The translations under genes were made by a program, and so were the position numbers. Source: a virus (Duplodnaviria; Caudoviricetes). Taken from it: 47,490 bases of DNA. Positions 25,925-35,400 of this stretch are shown here, piece after piece. The notes under the pieces were generated by a model. It made no database searches, was not told where the DNA came from, and saw only the letters and a list, made by a program, of their open reading frames with translations. The stretch covers positions 1 to 47,490 of IMG/VR virus record IMGVR_UViG_3300049781_000058, one strand, 5' to 3'. Positions within the stretch are counted from its first letter, which is position 1, and every line of letters begins with the position of its first letter.

Positions 25925-26458
25925 TTACAGAGGGAAGACGACGATGCGGCGGGACAGGAACGTGCCCGTACCGGTGGGGACCCGATACTTCGCGGTGAAG
26001 GTGTTCACGCCCGGCGTCAGATCCGTGTGCAGTACGACCCCGGACGTGATCACCCCGGCCCCGGCCACCCCGTACACGCCGATCCCCCGGTTGTCCGCGG
26101 CAGCGATCGTCGTTGCTCCCGACACGTCGTACGCCATGCGGGAGGCGCCCGTGCCCGTGTTCTCCATCGCGCCGTGGACGACCACGAGCGCGGCTGGTCC
26201 TGTGGTGACGGTGACGGCGGGCCCCGGCGTAGCGAGGTCGGTGAACGTCGAGGAGGTGGTGGTCTCCGAGGTGAGGACACTGGCCGTGGTCGAGACGCGC
26301 TCGGAGATCTCGTTGGTGTCCGAGACGGCGAAGTGCGCGCCTGCCGTGGTCGCTTTGGCGGGTGCGGTCTCGTTGAGGTTGTCGCGCAGGAACTGGTTGA
26401 ACTGGGCGGCCGTGAACACGGAGCTCGCGACGGCGGTCATGGGTGCGGACCAGGCCAT
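25925..26458 (-). CDS. Minor tail / fibre-associated protein (paralogue B)
   Basis: MAWSAPMTAVA..FTAAQFNQFLRDNL N-terminus; Thr/Ser-rich beta-sandwich-like body. Confidence 0.7.
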   Translation of the reverse strand: MAWSAPMTAVASSVFTAAQFNQFLRDNLNETAPAKATTAGAHFAVSDTNEISERVSTTASVLTSETTTSSTFTDLATPGPAVTVTTGPAALVVVHGAMENTGTGASRMAYDVSGATTIAAADNRGIGVYGVAGAGVITSGVVLHTDLTPGVNTFTAKYRVPTGTGTFLSRRIVVFPL

Positions 26459-26470
26459 GGCACGGGCTCC

Positions 26471-27010
26471 TTACAGGGGGAAGACGTTGAGTTCGCGGGT
26501 GCGGAAGGTGCCGGTGTTGGAGCCGACGGCGTACTTCAGGGTGAAGGTGTTGTCGCCGGGGGTCAGGCCGGTGAAGGTGTGCATGAGGCAGTGGCGTTGG
26601 AAGTTGCCTGCGGTGATGCCGTCGATGGAGCACATCCACTGGTCGCTGGCGGCGACCGAGGACGCGCCGGAGACGGCGACGGAGAACTTCGCGACGCCGT
26701 TGTCGTTGCTGTTGGACATGTCCGCGGCGGCGAAGACGAGCGCGATCGTGCCGGTCTCCACGGTGATGCGGGGGCCGACGGTGGCCAGGTCGGTGTAGGA
26801 AACGGAGGTCGAGCTCTGGCTGGTGTCGACGCGGGCCACGCTGGGGCTGCGCATGGTGATGGCGTTTGGGCCGGTGGAGACGGGGATCTGGCTGGCCGCG
26901 CTGGCCTTGGCGGGTGCGGTCTCGTTGAGGTTGTCCCTCACGTACTGGTTGAACTGGGCTGCCGTGAAGGTGGAGTTGGCGACTGCCGTCATGGGCGCGG
27001 ACCAGGTCAT
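26471..27010 (-). CDS. Minor tail / fibre-associated protein (paralogue A)
   Basis: Start at ATG 27010; MTWSAPMTAVANSTFTAAQFNQYVRDNL. Confidence 0.7.
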   Translation of the reverse strand: MTWSAPMTAVANSTFTAAQFNQYVRDNLNETAPAKASAASQIPVSTGPNAITMRSPSVARVDTSQSSTSVSYTDLATVGPRITVETGTIALVFAAADMSNSNDNGVAKFSVAVSGASSVAASDQWMCSIDGITAGNFQRHCLMHTFTGLTPGDNTFTLKYAVGSNTGTFRTRELNVFPL

Positions 27011-27393
27011 GACCGGGCCGCCTCGCTCGCGGTGGCGGGCACGCCGTGTTCTCGGTTCTCCTGGCGGAGTTCGTCGATGCTCTGTCCGTGGGGGACGCGG
27101 AAGCGTACGGCGGTCTCGTGGTCCTTCGGGTACCAGTTGCGGGTGTGCGGGATCGGCCGCAGCGTCAATACGCTCATGATCTCCGCCATGTTCGGCGGCC
27201 AGTCGATGGGCGCGGTCATCTGGCAGTAGGAGCAGTAGAACTCGGGTTTCTGCGCCAGGCGGGGGCTGCGCGGGTCGCGGGGGTTGGCGCGCTCGAAGAG
27301 GTGCTCGACGCCGCCGCAGCCCTCGCGGGGGCAGTCGGAGACCCAGTCTCCGGCGTAGACGTAGGCGCGTGCCGTGGCCGCGATCAGCTTCAT
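27007..27393 (-). CDS. Cys-rich hypothetical protein (possible tail assembly factor)
   Basis: Leaderless ATG at 27393; CPREGC...CSYC, RNWYP. Confidence 0.65.
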   Translation of the reverse strand: MKLIAATARAYVYAGDWVSDCPREGCGGVEHLFERANPRDPRSPRLAQKPEFYCSYCQMTAPIDWPPNMAEIMSVLTLRPIPHTRNWYPKDHETAVRFRVPHGQSIDELRQENREHGVPATASEAARS

Positions 27394-27400
27394 GCCGGGG

Positions 27401-27433
27401 ACGGTAGGCGCCCACCAGCGAAGATCATTCCGG
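27401..27433 (-). promoter_or_regulatory. Phage late promoter motif, copy 1
   Basis: CCGGAATGATC-N16-TACCGT-N7-ATG; same motif and spacing as at 37170-37202. Confidence 0.7.
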
Positions 27434-27439
27434 CTGGTG

Positions 27440-28330
27440 TCAGGTGCCGAAGCGGCCGTAGTCGAAGCGGCCTCGCATGGGGTCGTCGAAGATGAACACG
27501 GAGTCCGGGGAGTCGGCGCCGGTGGGGTCGAAGACGCCGTCGTCGAAGCCGCTGCCTGTGACGTCGAACGTGAACGGGTTGGCGGCGACCGTGGACCCGG
27601 AGCGCTCACACCCCAGGACTGCGTAGTGCACGCGGAGGGCGCAGTCCGGGTCCTCGTCGGCGGCTGGCATGCGGGCGATGGTGTGCTGGAGCGACTCGAC
27701 GTGGAAGTCGGCGTCCAGGCCGAGCTCGCCGTGCCGGATGGTGATCAGGTCGGAGGGCTGGCGGGTGAGGATCTGGAGGAGATGGTCCAGGTCGGAGGAG
27801 ACAAGCCGCAGCGACACGGTGGGGCGGCGCTGCGCGTAGTGGGCGAGCAGCACCTGGGAGATGGCGTAGGCGTCGTGGCGGCCGGCCCACGGTGCGTCTT
27901 CGGGGTAGGAGCGCTGCCCGTGGCGGCCGATGCTGACGGAGTCGTCGGCGGTGACCTTGACGGTGCGGGCGACGGGAACGGCCCGGGCCCGCAGTTGCAG
28001 GTGCGTGATGGTGACGCTCCCGCCCACGGCGAGGACGGTGATGACGGTTGACTGCCCGGAACGGCGCGACATGCTGGTGGCCACCGTGCCGGGCCCGGCG
28101 AAGACGACGTCGGTGCCGTTGACCAGATCCACCGCCCCGCGGAAGGGGTCGCTGGCTTTGGCCTGAATGGTGATGCTCTCGCCGAGGCTGAGGCTGATGG
28201 TGTCGTCGCTCTGCCATACGACAGACAGGGCAGCGTCGGGGTGGCGCTCCTCGACGTCGAAGGAGACCTGGTTGACGATGTCGCGCCAGCCGTGGGAGTA
28301 GCCGAAGGGTTCGAGGAGGGACAGGGCCAC
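27440..28330 (-). CDS. Minor tail protein (apparent C-terminal half of a split gene)
   Basis: AGGAG-N5-GTG start; GWRDIVNQV...DSVSIGRHGQRSY...FHVESLQHTI baseplate-hub-like pattern; ends GRFDYGRFGT. Confidence 0.7.
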   Translation of the reverse strand: MALSLLEPFGYSHGWRDIVNQVSFDVEERHPDAALSVVWQSDDTISLSLGESITIQAKASDPFRGAVDLVNGTDVVFAGPGTVATSMSRRSGQSTVITVLAVGGSVTITHLQLRARAVPVARTVKVTADDSVSIGRHGQRSYPEDAPWAGRHDAYAISQVLLAHYAQRRPTVSLRLVSSDLDHLLQILTRQPSDLITIRHGELGLDADFHVESLQHTIARMPAADEDPDCALRVHYAVLGCERSGSTVAANPFTFDVTGSGFDDGVFDPTGADSPDSVFIFDDPMRGRFDYGRFGT

Positions 28331-28338
28331 CGTGTCTC

Positions 28339-29958
28339 CTAGGCGGGTTCGAAGATGACCCAGCCGACGGTGGACGTGTCCGTGCCGGAGCTGGAGAGGA
28401 TGGTGAAGGAGGTGCCGGCCGTCCGGGCGGATACCCGCAGGAAGCCCGGTGTGCCGCCTGGCACTTCGCAGGTCAGGAAGATCCGGGAGCTTGCGGTCAC
28501 ACTCGTGTTGGGGACCACGACGGTGCCGGCCGCCAACGTGGCGACGCCCATCCTCGCGTTCGTGCCTTCCTTGATGGCGAGCCCGCCCCCGGTGGTGCCG
28601 ATCTGGAAGGCCTTCGCGGTGCCGTCCCAGGTCGTCCACTGGCCGTTGGCCTGGCCCGCGTCGACGACGGTGTAGCCGGTGAAGGTGGCGTTGCCGGCGG
28701 CGCCCCAGGGGTTGGCGAAGGCGTTGACCGGGGCGGCCGTGGTCCCGGTGCGCTCCCCCACGTTGGGGCCTCGGCGCAGGACGGCGTTCGTGCCGCCGTC
28801 GACGAAGCCGTTGGTAGCGCCGTGCAGGAAACCGGAGTTGACGGCGACGTAGGTGGAGCCGGATGCCTTGAAGGCGTTGACGGGCGAGTTGGTGCCGGTG
28901 CCGTCGTCATCCACGCCCGGGTAGTTGACCAAGCTGTCGATGATGACGGGCATGCCGGCCGCGGTGACGCGGAAGCCGGAGTAGTCGCCGCCGCCCGCTC
29001 CGCCGTTGCGGCCGTCGCGACGGCAGGAGATCCCGGCGAAGATCAGCGGGGCGTTGCCGGTGGCGTCGACGAGGATGCCGTTGAAGCGGTTGCGGTCGGT
29101 GGAGCAGCCGACCATCGACATGCCACCGGAGCCCTGCCCGGTGCCCCAGCCGCCGGTGATGTAGTAGCCGTGCCCCTCGGACCACTCCGCGCGCACGCCC
29201 AGCAGGCGGCTGTTGGGCATGTTCGAGAGGGTGAAGGCGTTGTCGCCGGCGCCGATGGAGATGACGTCGGTCATGGTGCAGTCGGAGTGGTTGATGAGGT
29301 GGATGCCGACGCCGTCCGGGTTGTCGACGACGACCCGGTGGAAGTTCCAGGAGAAGGGCTGGCTGCCGTTGGCGGTGAAGGTGTAGATGCCCTTGCCTGT
29401 GACGTTCTTGACGGTGACGTCGCGCAGCAGGACGCCGTGGATGTAGCCGCCGCCCTGGATGCCGTGGACGGTGCCGCCGACGCCGGTGCCGTCGATGGTC
29501 AGGCTCTGGATCTGCTGTTCGGCGGACTTGCTGCTGTATCCGCCGTCGGTCTGATCGAGCAGGACGATGGCTGCTCCGCCGGCGAATCCGGCGACGGGCC
29601 GGATGTAGGAGGAGCCGGTCATCTGGCCGGTGTTGAAGATCTGGTCGCCGTGGGTGCCGAGCAGTCGGACGGTGGGGTGGAGGGTGATGGGCGCCAGGGT
29701 GAAGAAGGCGTTCGCGGAGAGCTGCACCACGCCGCCGCCTGCGGCGAAGGCGGCGTCCACGGCGGCCTGGATCTCGACCTGGTCATTGGTGCCGTCGCAC
29801 ACGTACTGGGCTTTGCTCTTCACGCTGGAGGGGGCGCCCGCGCCTGCCACGAGGGTGTAGAAGGTGGCGGCGCTGGCCGCGGCCCAGAGATCTGACAGGG
29901 CGGCGTTGAGTTGAACGTCCCAGTTCAGGGTGCCGCGTGGGATGGGTGTGTAGGGCAT
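28339..29958 (-). CDS. Tailspike / receptor-binding protein with right-handed beta-helix (pectate lyase-like)
   Basis: Start at ATG 29958. CDGTNDQVEIQAAVDAA..GGGVVQL entry motif; Gly/Asn-rich repeats; C-terminal GVATLAAGTVVV..SRIFLT..SFTILSS domain. Confidence 0.8.
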   Translation of the reverse strand: MPYTPIPRGTLNWDVQLNAALSDLWAAASAATFYTLVAGAGAPSSVKSKAQYVCDGTNDQVEIQAAVDAAFAAGGGVVQLSANAFFTLAPITLHPTVRLLGTHGDQIFNTGQMTGSSYIRPVAGFAGGAAIVLLDQTDGGYSSKSAEQQIQSLTIDGTGVGGTVHGIQGGGYIHGVLLRDVTVKNVTGKGIYTFTANGSQPFSWNFHRVVVDNPDGVGIHLINHSDCTMTDVISIGAGDNAFTLSNMPNSRLLGVRAEWSEGHGYYITGGWGTGQGSGGMSMVGCSTDRNRFNGILVDATGNAPLIFAGISCRRDGRNGGAGGGDYSGFRVTAAGMPVIIDSLVNYPGVDDDGTGTNSPVNAFKASGSTYVAVNSGFLHGATNGFVDGGTNAVLRRGPNVGERTGTTAAPVNAFANPWGAAGNATFTGYTVVDAGQANGQWTTWDGTAKAFQIGTTGGGLAIKEGTNARMGVATLAAGTVVVPNTSVTASSRIFLTCEVPGGTPGFLRVSARTAGTSFTILSSSGTDTSTVGWVIFEPA

Positions 29959-29960
29959 CG

Positions 29961-32459
29961 TTATTCTCCGAATCCGCCGTCGCCGAAGCCGCACTCGCCG
30001 AAGCCGGGGCAGGAGTCTCCGGTGGTGCAGTCTGGTGTCCGCTCTGCGGCGAACACGGCCTGCGGGGTCAGGGACTTGTCGCGCAGGAGCCGGTGGTGCC
30101 GGTCGCGGAAGATGAATGTGCCGTCCGGTCCGATGTAGGCGATGGACGGTGGGCCTTCGGACTGGAGCAGGTCGGTCAGGGCGGTGAAGGCGTCGGCTTC
30201 CTCGAGCCACCACCACGGTACGAACGTTGCGCCCAGGTCGACGTCGCGGGGGCCGGTCCAACCGACGGCGTCGAGGACGACGTGCATGAGGGTGCCGGTG
30301 CGCTGCGCCTCGTACAGCTCGGTGCTGATCTTGACGCCCTGGAGGAGGGACAGCAGCCCGACCACGCTGATCTCCGCGGAGCGGTCGCCGCGATCGGGGT
30401 GGACGTCGAAGTCGTCGATGCGTCCGATGAACAGCGGGTACAGGGTGTCGGAGACAACGGTCTCGATCTTTACTGGTGCGGCCGGTTGCAGGTCGTCGAC
30501 GATCGGCGAGTCGGGATTCTCGGGCGAGTAGATCCGGTCGGCGTTGCACAGGGTCATGGTCAGGGAGCCCACGGCGGGCGGGGCGATCTGCCGGTCCTGG
30601 TCGCGGCCGTACTGGAAGACGACGGCTCCGCGGGCGAGGACGTCGGTGGTGACGTCGTCGTACGGGCCGTCGAAGGTACCGTCGCCCGCCCAGTCCACGG
30701 CGACGGTGTAGCCGTCGGTCAGGGCGGGCGTGATGTTGAAGTTGTCGAAGTAGGCGTAGTCGTTGGTGCCGTTCTCGCGGAAGGCCAGGAGCTGGACCTG
30801 AAGGTCGTTGTCGGCAACCCAGGCCGGGGAGGGCTCGGTGCGCCGGATCGTCCAGGCGCGGCCGTCGGGTGAGGTCTCCCAGGTGAGGGTCTCGTCGGTC
30901 TCTCGGATCCGCAGCCAGGCATGAGCAACGGGGTCGTACGGGAAGGTGACCGGGTTGGCGTCGGTGAAGTCGATCATCACCGCGGTCAGCAACTGGCCGA
31001 TAGCGGGATCGATTTCGAAGACGATCTGTGTGCCGACCACATTGGACAGGACGAGGAGCTGACAGAACACGGACCCGGTGGCGCCACCGGCTGCGGGCGG
31101 GGTGACCTGGACGTGGACGTGCGAGTTTTCCAGCGTGTAGGCGGCGGCCGACGCATACGCGGCGAAGTGCGGATCGCAGGGGACGCGGGCACGCCCGTCG
31201 GGCTGGTCCGGGAGGGCGCCGCCGCTTTCGTGGTAGTTGTCGGGCCACTTGGTGGTGTCGACGGTCGCCGTGCTGAAGGTGTCGGTGAGCTCCTCGAACG
31301 GGTTACCCGGGGTGGGTACGAACTCGACGAGGAGCCACAGGGTGGACACGCGGCGCACGGTGGTCTGGGAGACGTTGCCGCGGTAGCCGATCTGCGCCGT
31401 GTCGAGGCGGGACGGCGTCCACTCGGCGCCGGTCTGTGGGTCGGTGTAGGAGACGAGCTGGTGCACGAACGGGGCCGCGGCCTTGTGGCTGGCCCACCCG
31501 GCGACGGCCACGGACACCGATGCGGACTCGGCGACCGTGCCGCCTGCCTGTGACTTGAGGCGGTACACCAGCGAGGCTGCCGTGGTGGCGGTGGAGCCGA
31601 TGCGGGCGCCGACGGCGACCAGGGTGACGGTGTCCGTGCTGCTCATGCCTGCTGAGGCTGCGCTGGACAGGTTGAAGTCGTCGATCGTGGTGGTGCCCGT
31701 GGCGGCGGTCTCGTTGTAGGTGGTGGCGTCGTCGGGGGTCACCTCCGAGACGCGTTCGTAGTTGTTCGCTGCTCCGGCGGTGCCGCCGACTGCGGTGGCG
31801 AAGCCGTTGTTGTCGCCTGCTGCGCTGGGACGGAGGTGGACGACGCAGCCCGGGCCCGGTAGTCCTGTCTGGGCGCTGCCGGTGGTGTCGTTGACGGCGA
31901 TGTCGTCGAAGGACAGGTCGGCGGTGCACGCGTTCTGCACGCCGACACGGACCCGGGAGTAGCCGGTGGTTCCGGCGATCGCTGTGGTGCCGGAGAACGG
32001 GGTGCCGTCGAGGTAGGCGGTGACGTTGCGGGTGGCGGCGGTGCTGCCGGAGTCCGCGGCGTCGATCTCGATGCGGTACCAGGTGTTCAGCGCCAGCGCG
32101 GCTGACGGCGTGCCGACGTCGACGCCGGCGAGGCTGTCGCGCAATTGCAGTGTGCCGGTGGTGGTCAGCCGCAGGTGGACGGGGAAGTAGCCGTTCTGGC
32201 CGACGGCGACGATGGTGGTGGTCGAGGTGGGCAGCGAGTTGATGCGCAGGTAGACGCGGTGGAAGGTGCGTTTCACCGTGGCAGCGGTGTCGACCTGGTG
32301 CTCGATGTAGCCGGTTGCCGAGGCGGGGGTGCAGCGTAGTGCGGCCGCGCCCTCGCGGTGCAGGGCGGTGTCGATGGCCGCGGTGCCGGTCAGCGAGGTG
32401 AACTCCACACCGGCCGTCGCCGACTGCGATTCGAACCCGCACGTCCACAGGCGTGCCAC
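29961..32459 (-). CDS. Minor tail protein: lectin-like beta-sandwich domains plus the N-terminal half of a hub-like domain
   Basis: First gene after the tape measure. NTWYRIEI and WLRIRE lectin-like strands, then YGRDQ..GSLTMTLCNADRIYSPENPDSP..LFIGRID..GTFIFRDR. Confidence 0.75.
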   Translation of the reverse strand: MARLWTCGFESQSATAGVEFTSLTGTAAIDTALHREGAAALRCTPASATGYIEHQVDTAATVKRTFHRVYLRINSLPTSTTTIVAVGQNGYFPVHLRLTTTGTLQLRDSLAGVDVGTPSAALALNTWYRIEIDAADSGSTAATRNVTAYLDGTPFSGTTAIAGTTGYSRVRVGVQNACTADLSFDDIAVNDTTGSAQTGLPGPGCVVHLRPSAAGDNNGFATAVGGTAGAANNYERVSEVTPDDATTYNETAATGTTTIDDFNLSSAASAGMSSTDTVTLVAVGARIGSTATTAASLVYRLKSQAGGTVAESASVSVAVAGWASHKAAAPFVHQLVSYTDPQTGAEWTPSRLDTAQIGYRGNVSQTTVRRVSTLWLLVEFVPTPGNPFEELTDTFSTATVDTTKWPDNYHESGGALPDQPDGRARVPCDPHFAAYASAAAYTLENSHVHVQVTPPAAGGATGSVFCQLLVLSNVVGTQIVFEIDPAIGQLLTAVMIDFTDANPVTFPYDPVAHAWLRIRETDETLTWETSPDGRAWTIRRTEPSPAWVADNDLQVQLLAFRENGTNDYAYFDNFNITPALTDGYTVAVDWAGDGTFDGPYDDVTTDVLARGAVVFQYGRDQDRQIAPPAVGSLTMTLCNADRIYSPENPDSPIVDDLQPAAPVKIETVVSDTLYPLFIGRIDDFDVHPDRGDRSAEISVVGLLSLLQGVKISTELYEAQRTGTLMHVVLDAVGWTGPRDVDLGATFVPWWWLEEADAFTALTDLLQSEGPPSIAYIGPDGTFIFRDRHHRLLRDKSLTPQAVFAAERTPDCTTGDSCPGFGECGFGDGGFGE

Positions 32460-32460
32460 G

Positions 32461-35400
32461 TCAGCCCCCCAACGCGGCGGGCAGGCGGCGCTGCCGCTTG
32501 AGCCGGTCGAGGCTGCCGGTCAGCCAGTTGTCGAGCTCGATCTGTGAGCCGATCACGCCCTGGTTCTGGAGGTGGTAGTGGTCCTCGTAGAAGTGTTGGT
32601 GGACCACGCTGGCCCCGGTGGTTTGCTGGGTGCCGACCGCCAGGCGGCCCGTACGCCCTGGGGAGGTGGCTGGAAGGCCGGAGGCCACGACCCCGGCGAC
32701 GCGGCCCATGGTCCGCTCGATCGACGGAAGCTCACGCGTGATGCCGCCGCCGAGGCCCGCCATGGTCAGCCGTCCCACCGCCATCATCACCCGGGACGGG
32801 GACCGGATGCCGAGTGCCTTGCGGATGCTCTTCTGCATGCTCTTCGCGATGGCGAGCATGAGCTTCTCGATGTCCTTCTGCTGGGCCTTCAGCCCGGTGA
32901 GGAATCCCTTGCCGGCCTGCCGGCCGGAGTCGTAGAGCATGTCCGCGCCCGCCTTGCCGAGCGCGGTCGAGGCGGAACTGATCTGGCCGTTGAGGCTGTT
33001 GAACTTTTTGATCGTCGCGGCGTCGGCGCCCGCGAGGGACTTCGCGAACGCGGCGCCCTGCTCCGGGCCCATCTGGAGGATCTGCTTGATGAGGTCCTTG
33101 CTGACGCCCTTCTTCTGGAGCTTTTGCACGTTCGACGTGAACGACTTGATCTGGTTGAGGGACGCCTGCATCTGCCCGGCCACGTACTTCGGGGAGAACG
33201 CATCCTGTTGGATGATGGAGGCCAGCGAGCCGGTGGCCCGCGCGGTGGCCGCGGTGTCGCTGGCGAACTTGTTCGCGTCGGCGATCTTCTTCGCGATGCT
33301 GTCGCGTTGCCCGGCCAGGCCCTGGAGCCGCTTGTTGCCGGAGGCGAGCAACCTCACGAGCCGGTCGTCCGTCCGGCTGCCGGTGCCCCTGAAGGCGGAT
33401 GTGATCGACGACGCCAGGGACTTCGCCGTCGAGTTGATCTGCGCCTTCGTCCCAGTCAGTCCCTTGATGAACCCGGCGCCCGTGTTCTTCCCGATCGCCT
33501 GCATCTTCTTCGACGGCGACGCGATCTGGAGCTCGCGGCGGACCGCATCGAGGACAGCCGCGGCCATGGCCTGGGCCGCGGACGCCACACCGCCCGTGCC
33601 GCCCGTCATCCCCTGTGCCAGGCCGTGCGCCGCCTCGCCGCCTGCTGAGGCGGTGCCGGCCGCGAGGCCGGACATGTCGAGGCGGTCGTCGTTGATGGCG
33701 CGCAGGAGCGGCAGGTGCTTGGCGGTCTGCTTGGCGTTGACGACGAACTCGTCGCGACTGAGCCAGGGCGCGAACACGCTGTCCGAGGTCGGGGTGCCGG
33801 GCCCGTTGACCAGGCCGCCGTCGGTGTAGCCCTTGCCGCGAAACTTGAAGTCGCTGCCGGTGTAGAGGCCGCCGGTTGCGCCGACCGCGTCGTGGGCGCT
33901 GCCTTTCCTGGTGGTAGAGGGGACGTAGTTGGTCTGGACGTTAGTGATCTTCCAGGTGGTCAGCGTCACCGAGCGGCTGCGCGGCAGGCTGTTGATCTGC
34001 CGCTGGGCCGAGCCGATCTTGCTCTTCCAGTCGGCAATGTCCGCAGTGAGCTTCGCCCGCTTCTCGCCCTTGGCCGTGCGCAACTGGGACTCCGCGGACG
34101 CGATCTTGGCCCGCCAGTCGGTGATGTCGGCGGTGAGCTTGGCGCGCTTGTCGGCCTTCGCCCCCTTCAACTGGAGATCGGCCGCAGCGACCTTGGCCTT
34201 CCAGTCCGCGATGTCCGCGGTCAGTTTGGCTTTCTTGTCGCCCTTCGCGGTGGTGAGCTGCTTCTCCGCCTCACCGATCTTCGTCTTCCAGTCGGTGATA
34301 TCAGCCTTCAGCATCGCCGTCTTGGAGGGCGTCTTCAGGATCGTCGCCGCCAGTTGCTCCGCCTCGGTACGGGTGAGGCCCATCTGCATGGCGTTCCTGA
34401 CGAGCTGCTGACGGCCCCGCTCGTAGACGGCGATGGAGCCCTGCCACGAGCCGGTCGACTCACGGTTCGCGGCTGCCGCCTCGTCGGTCTTCGCGGCGAG
34501 GTCGGACAGAGCGGTCGCGGCGGCACGCTGCTTGTCGGTGTTGAGGGTGAGCTGCCCGTTCTGCATGGACAGGACGCCCGCGTTCTCCTGCGCCGCCTTT
34601 GATGCGGCGTCGATGCTCGCTTCGAAGCCGATCATGCCGCCGAGGCCTGCGCGCTGCACATCGTTGAGCGCCTGAATGGCCTGCCTCAAGCCGTCCGCGG
34701 ACGCCTTCTGTTCGGCCAGCTTCGCTGATGTCGCCTGCGCCTGCTGCCCGAACAGACCCATCGCGTCCGCCGCGAGCTGCTGCTCGAACTTGGCGTCCTC
34801 GATCGCGCCCTTGTACTCGGTGAGGCGGCTGGTGAACTCCTTGGTGTCGTGGCCTCCCTTGCCGTACTCAGCGGTCAGCCGCTTCACGGCGGCGGCGGCG
34901 AGGTCGGCCTGGTTATTCTTCACCAGGTTGGCGAGGGCGTTGTCGACGGAGCCCAGGTTGTCCTTGGCGTCCTTGACCGGGGTGGAGTCCCAGCCGGTCC
35001 AGCCGACGAGGAACTGCTGGATGTCGTCCGTGGTCGACGGGTCGGTCAGAGAGCGGACCTTGCCGTACAGGCCGTCGAGGTCGGTGCCGAACGCCTTCGC
35101 GGCCTCGCCGGTCGTCTTGCCCGTCTTGCCCAGGCGGGCCAGGGAAGTCGTCAGCTTGTCCACGTCGGGCGGGGCGCCGCGGCTGCGCTGCGACAGCTCG
35201 GTCAGGGCGATCAGCAGCAGGCCGATGCCGGTCCCGGCGATGGCGACCTTCGCCGTGCGGGACAGGGTGGCGATGGCGGCGCCCAGCTTGGGCAGCACGC
35301 CGGTCGCGCCGGCGGCCGCCACACGCATCACGGTGATCGATGCGGCGAACGTGGTGACCCCGGCCGACACCGCGGCCGCCGCCGCGACGGCGAGGCGTAC

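Noticed and set aside
24948-26639. 676-aa version of the holin ORF, and the long N-terminal extensions of ORFs 28339-31248 and 27440-28639
   Set aside because: Arg/Pro-rich off-frame extensions overlapping genuine genes; true starts were re-called downstream.
25925-27010. Diversity-generating retroelement TR/VR pair
   Set aside because: No reverse transcriptase in the window, and the differences are not adenine-specific.
28334-30020. T4 gene 60-style ribosomal hop between matched GGA codons, or a self-splicing intron/intein, to explain the split tail gene
   Set aside because: The 1681-nt gap is far too long, no stop codon directly follows the take-off codon, and no group I/II intron or intein motifs are recognisable. 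The downstream half has its own RBS and start.
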